From: an uncultured Ruminococcus sp.
GTDB taxonomy: Bacteria; Bacillota; Clostridia; Lachnospirales; Lachnospiraceae
DNA length: 64,000 bases
Assembly (NCBI GenBank): GCA_904418845.1
Contig: CAJFQC010000010.1
Coordinates: forward strand, 2,329 to 66,328
Direction: 5' to 3'
Positions 1 through 7,906 of the stretch are shown piece after piece. The notes beneath the pieces are model-generated. The model worked only from the letters and a program-made list of their open reading frames with translations. It made no database searches and was not told the origin of the DNA. The position numbers were made by a program, and so were the translations under genes. The first letter of the stretch is position 1. Each line of letters starts with the position of its first letter.

Positions 1-579
1 ACCATTTTTATACAGTTCAAAGCCATAACATTCACCGCGGAGATAAGCGTCATACTGAGTAACCTCATTTCGCAATAGATCCTCGGCCTTTTTCCGGAGG
101 GCTCCGGTCATTTTCTCCCCGCCAAATTCTTTCAGCACATCCTCTTTGGACACATAAATCCATCCCACCTGTCCGCTGTCCCATTCCGCATGAACCGCCT
201 TCCCCACAAAACTTTCCGTACTCATGGCAAGGCCGGAATGGTCGTAAAGATACAACGGGAGCATGATATATTTCTTCTGGATCACGTTGAGTATTGTGTT
301 ATCCACAGCATGGGGATCAGGGCTCGGCCCGGTCATTTTCCGGCCCCAGACCATATTTACCATATTCTCGTAACGCTCCATGCCCCGCTCGTCATTTCCT
401 ACAGTATCCAGATACATTTCCCGAAGAAAATCATCTTTGTCCATGTAATTATGTTTGTCGCCCAATGCGTAATGAGGATGAAAACAGACCATCGTTCCAA
501 AATTGTCATTTACTTCACGTGGACTAATCAGCAGGTCGTCCGGCTGCACCATTAAGGCATAAGGTTCCTGTTCTGCCAT
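1..579 (-). CDS. Mobile-element hypothetical protein, partial (3' end beyond window); not in the supplied ORF track
   Basis: Open frame from ATG at 579 to the window edge: MAEQEPYALMVQPDD...LPLYLYDHSGLAMST...WDSGQVGWIYVSKE...YLRGECYGFELYKNG. AGGAG lies upstream and the gene follows the stop of 592..1674. Confidence 0.8.
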   Translation of the reverse strand, partial: MAEQEPYALMVQPDDLLISPREVNDNFGTMVCFHPHYALGDKHNYMDKDDFLREMYLDTVGNDERGMERYENMVNMVWGRKMTGPSPDPHAVDNTILNVIQKKYIMLPLYLYDHSGLAMSTESFVGKAVHAEWDSGQVGWIYVSKEDVLKEFGGEKMTGALRKKAEDLLRNEVTQYDAYLRGECYGFELYKNG

Positions 580-591
580 CAGCACAGGTTA

Positions 592-1674
592 TCAACTCCT
601 TTCCAGTTCCTTCTTTTTCTCTGGCGACTTAGGTTCTGTTTTTGCTGCTGCCTTCTTCGCATCGTCAAGTTGTTCCCGCAGCGAACCATCCCGTTTTGTC
701 TCCGGTTTCCGGACACCGCCGAAGAAATCCGGCAGTTCCTTAAATCCAATGCTGTCCACATAATAAGCCGTATCGCGTCCTTTTTCATGCAGTACAACCA
801 CATCAGAAACCGATAGAGAGTGTCCCCTAAAATCCTTGGGATGATCAATATTAAAACGGGTATAAATGTCCTCCAGCGTCTCACCGGGCGTAAGTTCTGC
901 AGCATAAACCATTTGGTAATTATCCCTGTCGATCAAAAGTCCTTTCTTTTCCAGCCAGTCAAAAGACATAAAGCGCAGATCATCAGTGTTGTTCGATAAA
1001 TCAAGCTGGTAAATAGAATAGGAACTGATCCCATACTCCTTTTCATAGGCGGCAATGCGTTCTAACAGAAAATCAGCCTCCCCGTCTAAATGTTCTTCCT
1101 GAATGATGCCCGCCACTCTCATGCGGATCTTTCCGGTCTGTCCGGAAAAAAGTTCGTCCGCCATACGCTCTTTTTCCTCATGAAAATCAGAGTGCATATC
1201 AAGATAAACATCACTGTATTCCCGAAAGAATGCATCCAGGTCAAAGGCCAGATTTACGGATTCATCCACCCTTATCTGATCCATCTGCACCTCTTGTTTT
1301 TCAGGAGAAGGGATTGGCTGCTTAACCGCCAGAATTTTCCCGGCAATGCGTACAAACTGTTCCGGATTCTCAAATTGCTTCCGGTATTTCTCCATAAGAT
1401 CTGGGGAAAGATCCGCAAATTTCTCTTCGCCAAGTCCACAGAGAAAGAAATTTCCTGCAAGAATGTCATAGATATTGCCCTCATCATCACGAAGGGCACG
1501 ATTCAATGGCAATCCCATAAGTTTGCCTTCCTCGTTGCAAACCAGAGCAACCGGATCATCATAAGGGTAAACAGCCTGAATATCCCCACCAACAGCAGCC
1601 TGCATTGCTTCCAGACCATCGCCAATATCAACTGCATAGGGAATTTTCCCAGGCTCAACCAGTAACACATTCAT
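592..1674 (-). CDS. DUF3846 + YodL-like domain protein (ICE)
   Basis: N-term VLLVEPG...VGGDIQAVYP...LVCNEEGK...GNFFLCGL (DUF3846-like). C-term YSIYQL...LEDIYTRFNIDHPKDFRGHSLSVSDVVVL...YYVDSIGF (YodL-like). Confidence 0.8.
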   Translation of the reverse strand: MNVLLVEPGKIPYAVDIGDGLEAMQAAVGGDIQAVYPYDDPVALVCNEEGKLMGLPLNRALRDDEGNIYDILAGNFFLCGLGEEKFADLSPDLMEKYRKQFENPEQFVRIAGKILAVKQPIPSPEKQEVQMDQIRVDESVNLAFDLDAFFREYSDVYLDMHSDFHEEKERMADELFSGQTGKIRMRVAGIIQEEHLDGEADFLLERIAAYEKEYGISSYSIYQLDLSNNTDDLRFMSFDWLEKKGLLIDRDNYQMVYAAELTPGETLEDIYTRFNIDHPKDFRGHSLSVSDVVVLHEKGRDTAYYVDSIGFKELPDFFGGVRKPETKRDGSLREQLDDAKKAAAKTEPKSPEKKKELERS

Positions 1675-2498
1675 AACTGCATATCCTCCTTCTTTTTTGT
1701 TGTGCCAGAAACGTCAGGTGCTTTTTCCTGGGATTTTGCTATCGTCAATTTTCCAAGAACGGAAGGCTTCTCTGCCTTTTCAGGCAAGGAAATACCGCCC
1801 TCCGTAACTTCGGTGGCGGTATGCGCTGCTTTGACCGGTTCCTGGCCTTCCAATGTATAACCCGGCAAAAGTGCTCCATGCACAGTAAAATGTTTCTCAT
1901 ACTGTTTAGGAATTGGTGGAGAAATCTCCGTAAATAAATGTGAATAGGCTTTCTTGCGGCCTTCCAGATACTTCATGGCAGCCGCCTTATCCGTATAACG
2001 TTTCTGATTTTGTCCGGCAATCCTTTCTGTATATCCCTTATTAGGAGAATTCACATACACATACCAGGTCACATACCAGGCAACCGGAACACTTTGTTTT
2101 GTCTCCCGGTCATATTTTGTATCTTCCCAAATACTGCAGGTCATCTTATAAACTCGGTTACTGATTTCCTGACTGTTTCTCCAGTTATTTTCCTGTTTCC
2201 ATTGGTTTGATGTATGACTGACTTCCGGAGTACGAAGATATTCCAGCGCCCGATTGATCATCTGTGTCGCGGCAGCCTGCTTTTCCCATTGCTTTGCCGC
2301 TGCCTGCACAATACTATAGGCTTTCTGCTCACCGTCGATACTTCCCTGACGCATAGCCTCTAAACTTTCGGTTCCCATTGTAATAAGAGATGAAATATCC
2401 ACATCTTCACAAAAAACGCTGTGTTCTATCTTAAGCTCATATCCAGGTTTCAGATTATCACCATATCGATAAACACGATAATCCTGATTTTCTTCCAA
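1671..2498 (-). CDS. ICE hypothetical protein
   Basis: 275-aa ORF with a TTG start and GGAGG RBS; 4-nt overlap with the downstream gene. Confidence 0.75.
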   Translation of the reverse strand: MEENQDYRVYRYGDNLKPGYELKIEHSVFCEDVDISSLITMGTESLEAMRQGSIDGEQKAYSIVQAAAKQWEKQAAATQMINRALEYLRTPEVSHTSNQWKQENNWRNSQEISNRVYKMTCSIWEDTKYDRETKQSVPVAWYVTWYVYVNSPNKGYTERIAGQNQKRYTDKAAAMKYLEGRKKAYSHLFTEISPPIPKQYEKHFTVHGALLPGYTLEGQEPVKAAHTATEVTEGGISLPEKAEKPSVLGKLTIAKSQEKAPDVSGTTKKKEDMQL

Positions 2499-2513
2499 TA
2501 TATCAGCACCTCC

Positions 2514-4544
2514 TTATATCTCCGGCATATGAGCCTTTTTTGAAGCCGCCTGCACTGGTGTACTTTTTTCTTCCGGTTTTGTCGCCGCAAGCTGCCCGAT
2601 CACCGAAGGACGCTCCATTGCAAATATAGAAATCTGCTCGTTTTCGGCCAGTGGTACCTCTGGAACCGCAAGAGGTAGCGTTGTTTCTACATGAGTAAGA
2701 ATGTGCTGTAATTTCAGATCCGCAACAATCTCGTCAAATACTGTATTGATTGCTCTGCGTTCCTCGCCCTGAGGATAGGCTTTCAAAACCTCTGTTTCCC
2801 CGGATTTATCCATAACAATAGCTACTGCACAATCTGCATGACCCGCCAGATAATCAGAAACATAAGGCAGTTTATCTTTGACATAGCAGGCGAACGCTCT
2901 TGCTGTCATTTCTACATTGCTGTCCCAATAGCCTCCATCTTTTTCGCATTCCTTTCCCATCCGCACAGAATTGCGGTAGTAATCGGTTTCTGTCCGCCCA
3001 ATCTGCGGAGTTTTCTGCTCCTGTATCCCATGAAGTATATGCTCAAACATTTCCAGACGGTCACGCTCACTTTTAGGAATCACATGTCCGCTGACAGATT
3101 TTTTTAAAGTACTGATCTTATCCACCGAACCGACTTCCCCGGCGAGGAAAGCTGCCTTTAATGCTGCATATTGCTCTAACACACTATCATCCCCATACCG
3201 TTTCAGAGAACCAAGCATCGCTGAATCCAACCAGCTTTCCGCATTTTTCTTTGTCCGGCTGTTCTGTGCCTCAATACATTTTGCAGCCTGTTCAGGTGTC
3301 TCCGGCTTGTACTTCATGGTATCAATGAGCTTTTGAAATAGTGGGTAAAGACGAGGCTGTTCTGAAAGCATCCCTTTTGCACCCATCTTTGTTCCCAGAT
3401 AATCATCAAAACCATGCCACCATTCATGTGCCAGTGAACCGGCTCCGTGCATCTTCGTAAGGTTAATGACTTTGCGAAGTGGTTCATAATGAGCTGCAGC
3501 ATTTCCGCTGCCTCTGGCACCAAAAGCAATGGCAAGCGTACCATCAAAGGCAATATCCTGATCGCGGATCTTTAAGACAGCCGCCAGGTCTTTCAAGGCT
3601 TCAAACCCCATATCCAGGGACGCTTGCCGGTCATTCTGGTTCATCCAGTTTCCAAATTCACCTCCACGAAATCCAAAAGTATCAAGATAATGCTGGCCGG
3701 TAATTTCTTGACCGCTCCGGTAGTCCGGACCTGTTCTTCTTACATGCGAAAGCTGCGGAGGGGTAAACCGAACCTTTCCGCCTTTGCTTCGCTGCCTGGC
3801 AAAATCCTGTACCCATTTCAATGCCGCCTCACGAGACTCCAAATTAGTCTGCAATATGGAATAACCCTTCGTCACGTAATAAGTGCCAGATTTCCAGTCG
3901 TTATTTTTTGAATAGGTATTTTTCCCGTCATTGAAATGGATGGCATATCCCTTTGGCACCTTTTGGTCTTTGGAAACGCCAAACTGTTCCCGCTGTGCTT
4001 TCTGTGTGAAGTTCCGTTCAAAGTAGGAAGCGGAACGGATATACAGGATTTGTGCCAGCTTATTGGTTATAACCGGATTATCCTGACCTTTCTTGGTAGC
4101 ACGATAGTGAATTCCACTGCTCCAGCCCTGTACCTGCTCCACATATCCATTCTTTACCAGAAAGCGGTCATAGGCTTGCATAGCGTCATCCAATGTACGC
4201 ACATCCTCAATTACTGCCTGTAACTGCCGGACAGTCTCGATATATTCCTCTTGTCTGGCGCGTTTAAGTTCCGGAGTCATATCACTGTAATGATACTGGG
4301 GAGAAGCCCCAAGACTATCGCGGGCTTTTTTGATGAAGTAAACTACACCAAGAGGAACGCCATCATCAAGCATGGCCTGATAATCCGGCTTTTTCCAGAC
4401 ATTATCCTTCCTGACAAACTTCTCTGCCTCCCGCTCATTCATGCTGCCAAGATCATCCACATACAGGCCACGGTCTTTCCATAGATCTTTTTTTGCGCCT
4501 CCAATCTTTTCACCAAAATCTTCATGTTGTAAATTGTCTGCCAA
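2514..4544 (-). CDS. LPD1-domain polyvalent protein with zincin-like HExxH motif
   Basis: FGEKIGGAKKDLW N-terminus; FRGGEFGNW; AFGARG..AAAHYEP..VINLTK..GAGSLAHEWWH; YW..EMTARAF. TTG start with GGAGGTGA RBS. Confidence 0.75.
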   Translation of the reverse strand: MADNLQHEDFGEKIGGAKKDLWKDRGLYVDDLGSMNEREAEKFVRKDNVWKKPDYQAMLDDGVPLGVVYFIKKARDSLGASPQYHYSDMTPELKRARQEEYIETVRQLQAVIEDVRTLDDAMQAYDRFLVKNGYVEQVQGWSSGIHYRATKKGQDNPVITNKLAQILYIRSASYFERNFTQKAQREQFGVSKDQKVPKGYAIHFNDGKNTYSKNNDWKSGTYYVTKGYSILQTNLESREAALKWVQDFARQRSKGGKVRFTPPQLSHVRRTGPDYRSGQEITGQHYLDTFGFRGGEFGNWMNQNDRQASLDMGFEALKDLAAVLKIRDQDIAFDGTLAIAFGARGSGNAAAHYEPLRKVINLTKMHGAGSLAHEWWHGFDDYLGTKMGAKGMLSEQPRLYPLFQKLIDTMKYKPETPEQAAKCIEAQNSRTKKNAESWLDSAMLGSLKRYGDDSVLEQYAALKAAFLAGEVGSVDKISTLKKSVSGHVIPKSERDRLEMFEHILHGIQEQKTPQIGRTETDYYRNSVRMGKECEKDGGYWDSNVEMTARAFACYVKDKLPYVSDYLAGHADCAVAIVMDKSGETEVLKAYPQGEERRAINTVFDEIVADLKLQHILTHVETTLPLAVPEVPLAENEQISIFAMERPSVIGQLAATKPEEKSTPVQAASKKAHMPEI

Positions 4545-4636
4545 TCGACATCACCTCCAGTCTTGCAAAAATATGAAGCTCATAAGCAAATGTAATAAGA
4601 TCTGTATTACGAATCAGACAGATCTGTGGAAGGGGT

Positions 4637-4930
4637 TCATTTTTCAATCAAATTCCTCCTGTCCGGCAAGTGCTGTCCACCGGCAATCTTGTTTACGATT
4701 TCCGGCCCGGTTTCATAAATCTGCATCAACCGTTTTGCTGTACCACTTGGCTGAACGGCACCGCTGGTCCAAAGCCTGACAGTGGAAGGCGTAACATTCA
4801 TCAAAAGTGCAAAGCCCTTTTCATTCATATCCAGCCTGTCCATTAAGATCTTGATCATATCGGGACCGTAATCCGGGCACCGGGCAGTTTCGGCAATCAT
4901 CTGCAAAACGGTATTTTTTGCTTTTGTCAT
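4637..4930 (-). CDS. XRE-family helix-turn-helix protein
   Basis: MNEKGFALLMNVTPSTVRLWTSGAVQPSG HTH; AGGAGG RBS. Confidence 0.8.
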   Translation of the reverse strand: MTKAKNTVLQMIAETARCPDYGPDMIKILMDRLDMNEKGFALLMNVTPSTVRLWTSGAVQPSGTAKRLMQIYETGPEIVNKIAGGQHLPDRRNLIEK

Positions 4931-4945
4931 ATTAAAATCCTCCTG

Positions 4946-5923
4946 TTAAATGGAAACAGCCGCCTTTTTCTGGCGGCATTGTAGTTGGCGGTCTTTGATT
5001 TGTTCTCTCATACGCAGCAGTTTTTCGTTATAATCTTTTCCGATCCGGGGTGGGTTGATACCTACCCGGATTTGCTTAAATCGTTGGTCCTCATGGAGCA
5101 TATCTTTTATTTTCCGGGCATTAGTAAGTCCGGCAAGATCATTATCCATATAAAGTGTAACTCGCTTTATTTCTGGGTGACGTTCTAAAAATGCGATCAG
5201 AGCCACATGAGAAGTGCCTCCCAGAGATAAGCGGTAGCCGTCCCATTCCCAACCTTCCAGTTCCTGCAGTGTGGCATGTGAGAGAGCATCAATAGGAGCC
5301 TCAAAAACTGCTACATGACGACTGTCCGGACTCTTTGGCGGGTAACAGAAGCTAAATTCCTTGTTACTGCCGTAAACATCCTTTTTGAAATTACCGGTAA
5401 TGCTGCGCATACAGGCAAACTTCGCTTTTCCTGTACTGTCTTTTCCAACAAATACACAGACTGGTTCACCATGATACCGTGCCTCATAAGCAAGTCCACT
5501 CCGAAAGCACCGGCTGATCACATTCGTGCTGATTCCACGGCGTTGCAAATACGAAACAGCAGCAGTGGCACAGCGTCTGGCCCAGGGAAGTGTAAATGGT
5601 TTCTTCTCCGGTTCTTTCTGTTCCTGCCTTACCGTTGTTCGACAAACCGGCATCTGCTGAATTTCTGCACCTATCAGTGTATGAACAGCATCCACCAGAC
5701 CAAATCCTCGAATCTGGATCAGGTAATCCAGAGCGTTAATGCTTCGACCTCGACTGTTCCAGTACCAGTATTTTTTCCCAGTCACATAGACCAGACTGTC
5801 ATGCTCCTTATGGCGGTAATTGGGTCCATCCCGTTTCAGCACACCTGGTTCATGAAATTGCAGATAAGCAAATAGGTCTGCCTCCCGTGCTGCCTGGATC
5901 TGCTCTTTAGTTACGCCTGGCAT
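4946..5923 (-). CDS. DUF3991/toprim domain protein (primase-like, ICE)
   Basis: YLQRRGIS, VFEAPIDALSH, LYMDNDLAG, GKDYNE toprim motifs. The original start is probably at 5946 (see findings). Confidence 0.8.
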   Translation of the reverse strand: MPGVTKEQIQAAREADLFAYLQFHEPGVLKRDGPNYRHKEHDSLVYVTGKKYWYWNSRGRSINALDYLIQIRGFGLVDAVHTLIGAEIQQMPVCRTTVRQEQKEPEKKPFTLPWARRCATAAVSYLQRRGISTNVISRCFRSGLAYEARYHGEPVCVFVGKDSTGKAKFACMRSITGNFKKDVYGSNKEFSFCYPPKSPDSRHVAVFEAPIDALSHATLQELEGWEWDGYRLSLGGTSHVALIAFLERHPEIKRVTLYMDNDLAGLTNARKIKDMLHEDQRFKQIRVGINPPRIGKDYNEKLLRMREQIKDRQLQCRQKKAAVSI

Positions 5924-5976
5924 ACATTTGGCGTATTATTTTTCATTGTGCCTTGCCTCCTTTCCCTCAATCACAT

Positions 5977-5997
5977 AAAAAAAACGCCTCCTGGCGT
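5977..5997 (-). terminator. Short intrinsic terminator inside the ICE operon
   Basis: Minus strand ACGCC-AGGA-GGCGT followed by T7, directly after the DUF6017 stop. Confidence 0.55.
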
Positions 5998-6871
5998 CTA
6001 ACAACCGTACAGATCATGATTGACCTCGGCACGATAATAACTATCCATTGTTGCCGGAGCATTATATAATGCCGCCAGCAGATAAGCCTTGATATTGTTG
6101 ACTTTCGTATTGTTCTTGTCAATACAGTCAAAAACATACTCTAAGTGACCGGAATTGATCTTTAAGAACCGGCTCCGGACAATCTCCCGCGGAAAGTCAT
6201 CTCCAGCAATGCGAATATATGGCCGTCTTGAAAGCACCGTTTCCAACATAAGTTCCACCGTCTCGTCCATGCGCTCCCGGCCATAACGGGGAACCAGAAA
6301 ATCATACTCGATATTTTCTTTGATAATTTCACGGTATGTATCTGCCATATCCATCATATCAATCCCGTCCTGACTGCTTACCTTTTCTGGCTCTGTAGGA
6401 TAGATTGATTGATGTGTTCTTGATATATTCGTTTTTAATTTTTTAGTTTTTTGTTGATTAGTATTTAATTGTGCGGGATTTTCCTGTTCAGGTTCTGCCT
6501 GTTCAGGTTTTGCCTGTCTTGGATTTACCTGTCTTGGATTTTCCCGTTTAGGTGGCCCCCCCTTGTTTTACGTCGGTTGAGGGCTTTTCATGGATTGTAT
6601 ATTCAATATCGCCGAGCTGTCCGTTATTATGTCGGAGGCGCTGCCTGGTAAGATACCCATGCCGCTCCAGTTCCTTCAGGGCGGTAGTAATAGAATCTAC
6701 ACCGTCCTTACAGATATGGGCAAGTCCCTTTGTGGTATAATCCCAATCTTCCGGCAGCGACAGCATAAGGGAAAGAAGCCCCTTCGCCTTTAAGGACAAT
6801 TCCGTATTACGCAGATGATGATTACTCATAACCGTAAAGTCCTTTGTTTTCTCTACACGGAATACCGCCAT
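5998..6871 (-). pseudogene. HTH + DUF6017 replication-initiator-like gene, split by a +1 frameshift in a G7 run (ORF-track pieces 6548..6892 and 5998..6357)
   Basis: The MAVFRVEKTKDFTVMSNHHL...EYTIHEKP frame stops just after the C7 run at 6556-6562. Removing one base gives a continuous 290-aa frame through PKRENPRQVN... into MMDMADTYREIIKENIEYD...KAYLLAALYNAP. The span 5998-6871 is 874 nt = 3n+1. Confidence 0.8.
6476..6550. repeat. Five tandem 15-bp iteron-like repeats inside the initiator-like gene
   Basis: GGATTTTCCTGTTCA / GGTTCTGCCTGTTCA / GGTTTTGCCTGTCTT / GGATTTACCTGTCTT / GGATTTTCCCGTTTA, next to an AT-rich tract at about 6420-6470. Confidence 0.8.
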
Positions 6872-6900
6872 TTCACAGCCTCCTTTCTTCAATAATTCTG

Positions 6901-7422
6901 TTACAAAGCGCGGTCTCTGCGGTCATAGTGAAGATGTCCGCCTGAGACCTTCGCATGATTTTTCAGTTTTACTTCTCCCCGTTCCTGACTCTCTAAAAAC
7001 TTCTGGTAGCCGGTCTCTGTAAGAAACAGGCGCATCTTGTCGCCCTTATCCCCGACAGGGGAACCATAAGACAGTACATCAAAGACGATCATGTGCCTTA
7101 CCTCCGGGTCAAAACGTTCCAGGGCCATAATGTCGTGCCCCTTTAATTTCTCGGCACCGGACTGCTGCCTGGCCTCGGCAATCTTTTCTCCAATAGTCCG
7201 AGGCGGGTGGGGAAGCCGGTAATTCTTCTGAATATCTTTCACCAGATCCATGCACTCACCATCCGACAGAACACGTATCTTCGCCATAAGACTTTCTGCG
7301 GTCTTTCGTTGTTCAGGATTGTTTGAATAACGAACAGTCATATAAAGCTCATTCATGATCTTTGTCTGGCAATCTCCCTCGACCTGAAAAAGCAGATTTT
7401 TTTCCATTTCATTCAATTCCAT
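6901..7422 (-). CDS. Mobile-element hypothetical protein (DUF5720-like by recollection), first gene of the ICE operon
   Basis: 173-aa ORF with AAGGAG RBS. The KLKGHDIMALERFDP...RLFLT..GYQKFLE motif is typical of Clostridiales elements. The family name is not verified. Confidence 0.65.
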   Translation of the reverse strand: MELNEMEKNLLFQVEGDCQTKIMNELYMTVRYSNNPEQRKTAESLMAKIRVLSDGECMDLVKDIQKNYRLPHPPRTIGEKIAEARQQSGAEKLKGHDIMALERFDPEVRHMIVFDVLSYGSPVGDKGDKMRLFLTETGYQKFLESQERGEVKLKNHAKVSGGHLHYDRRDRAL

Positions 7423-7452
7423 GTAAGGCTCCTTTCTTCGTAAATCAGGTAT

Positions 7453-7490
7453 AAAAAAAGGGTGCTCACCAAAAAATGATGAAACACCCT
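7453..7490 (-). terminator. Intrinsic terminator in the leader of the ICE operon
   Basis: Minus-strand AGGGUGUUUCAUC-loop-GGUGAGCACCCU followed by a U run (G.U pairs on this strand), about 30 nt upstream of the 7422 start. Confidence 0.7.
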
Positions 7491-7760
7491 ACCTGGCAAT
7501 ATTTTTTTATATGAGAGCATACTTCTCGTAATGAGATATAAACCACTTCCAAATCAGGACTCCCATCACTCAAAGTATCGCCAATAATTCTGGTACATAT
7601 TCAACAGTACCAGAATCCAATCCCTCCTTTCTACATCGGGTTTTGGTCTGAAAACTTGGACAAAATCAGCGAAAACCCCAGTGTTTTCAAGGTTTCTTAC
7701 CTTTTGTCCCTATTATAACTCAATAGTCTATCCTTCTGACTATCCCCGTTGCTTTCATAT

Positions 7761-7841
7761 AAAAAATCCTCCGTCTTGCAAATATCTACAAATCTTACTC
7801 ATTTCTGTCAGTAAATGTAGTATTTGTAAAACAGAGGAATT
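7761..7841 (-). terminator. Long imperfect hairpin plus U tract ending the Na/Pi-transporter transcript before the ICE
   Basis: Arms 7764-7784 and 7821-7841. Most mismatches become G.U on the minus strand, and a T run follows. Confidence 0.6.
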
Positions 7842-7906
7842 TATTCGCTGCCGCAGTATAAAACATGTTCTACATCTTGAAGTATCGTAACTGCAGCGCC
7901 ATTGTG

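Larger units (their letters stand above)
1..7750 (-). mobile_element. Promoter-proximal end of a Clostridiales-type integrative conjugative/mobilisable element (continues beyond the left window edge)
   Basis: Co-oriented run of mobile-element-typical genes (DUF3846/YodL, LPD1, XRE HTH, DUF3991-toprim, HTH/DUF6017 initiator-like). An AT-richer leader at 7440-7900 separates it from housekeeping genes. No integrase or att site is visible, so the boundary is approximate. Confidence 0.85.

Noticed and set aside
4637-4930. HigA/MqsA-type antitoxin of a toxin-antitoxin pair
   Set aside because: No RelE/HigB-like toxin ORF on either side.
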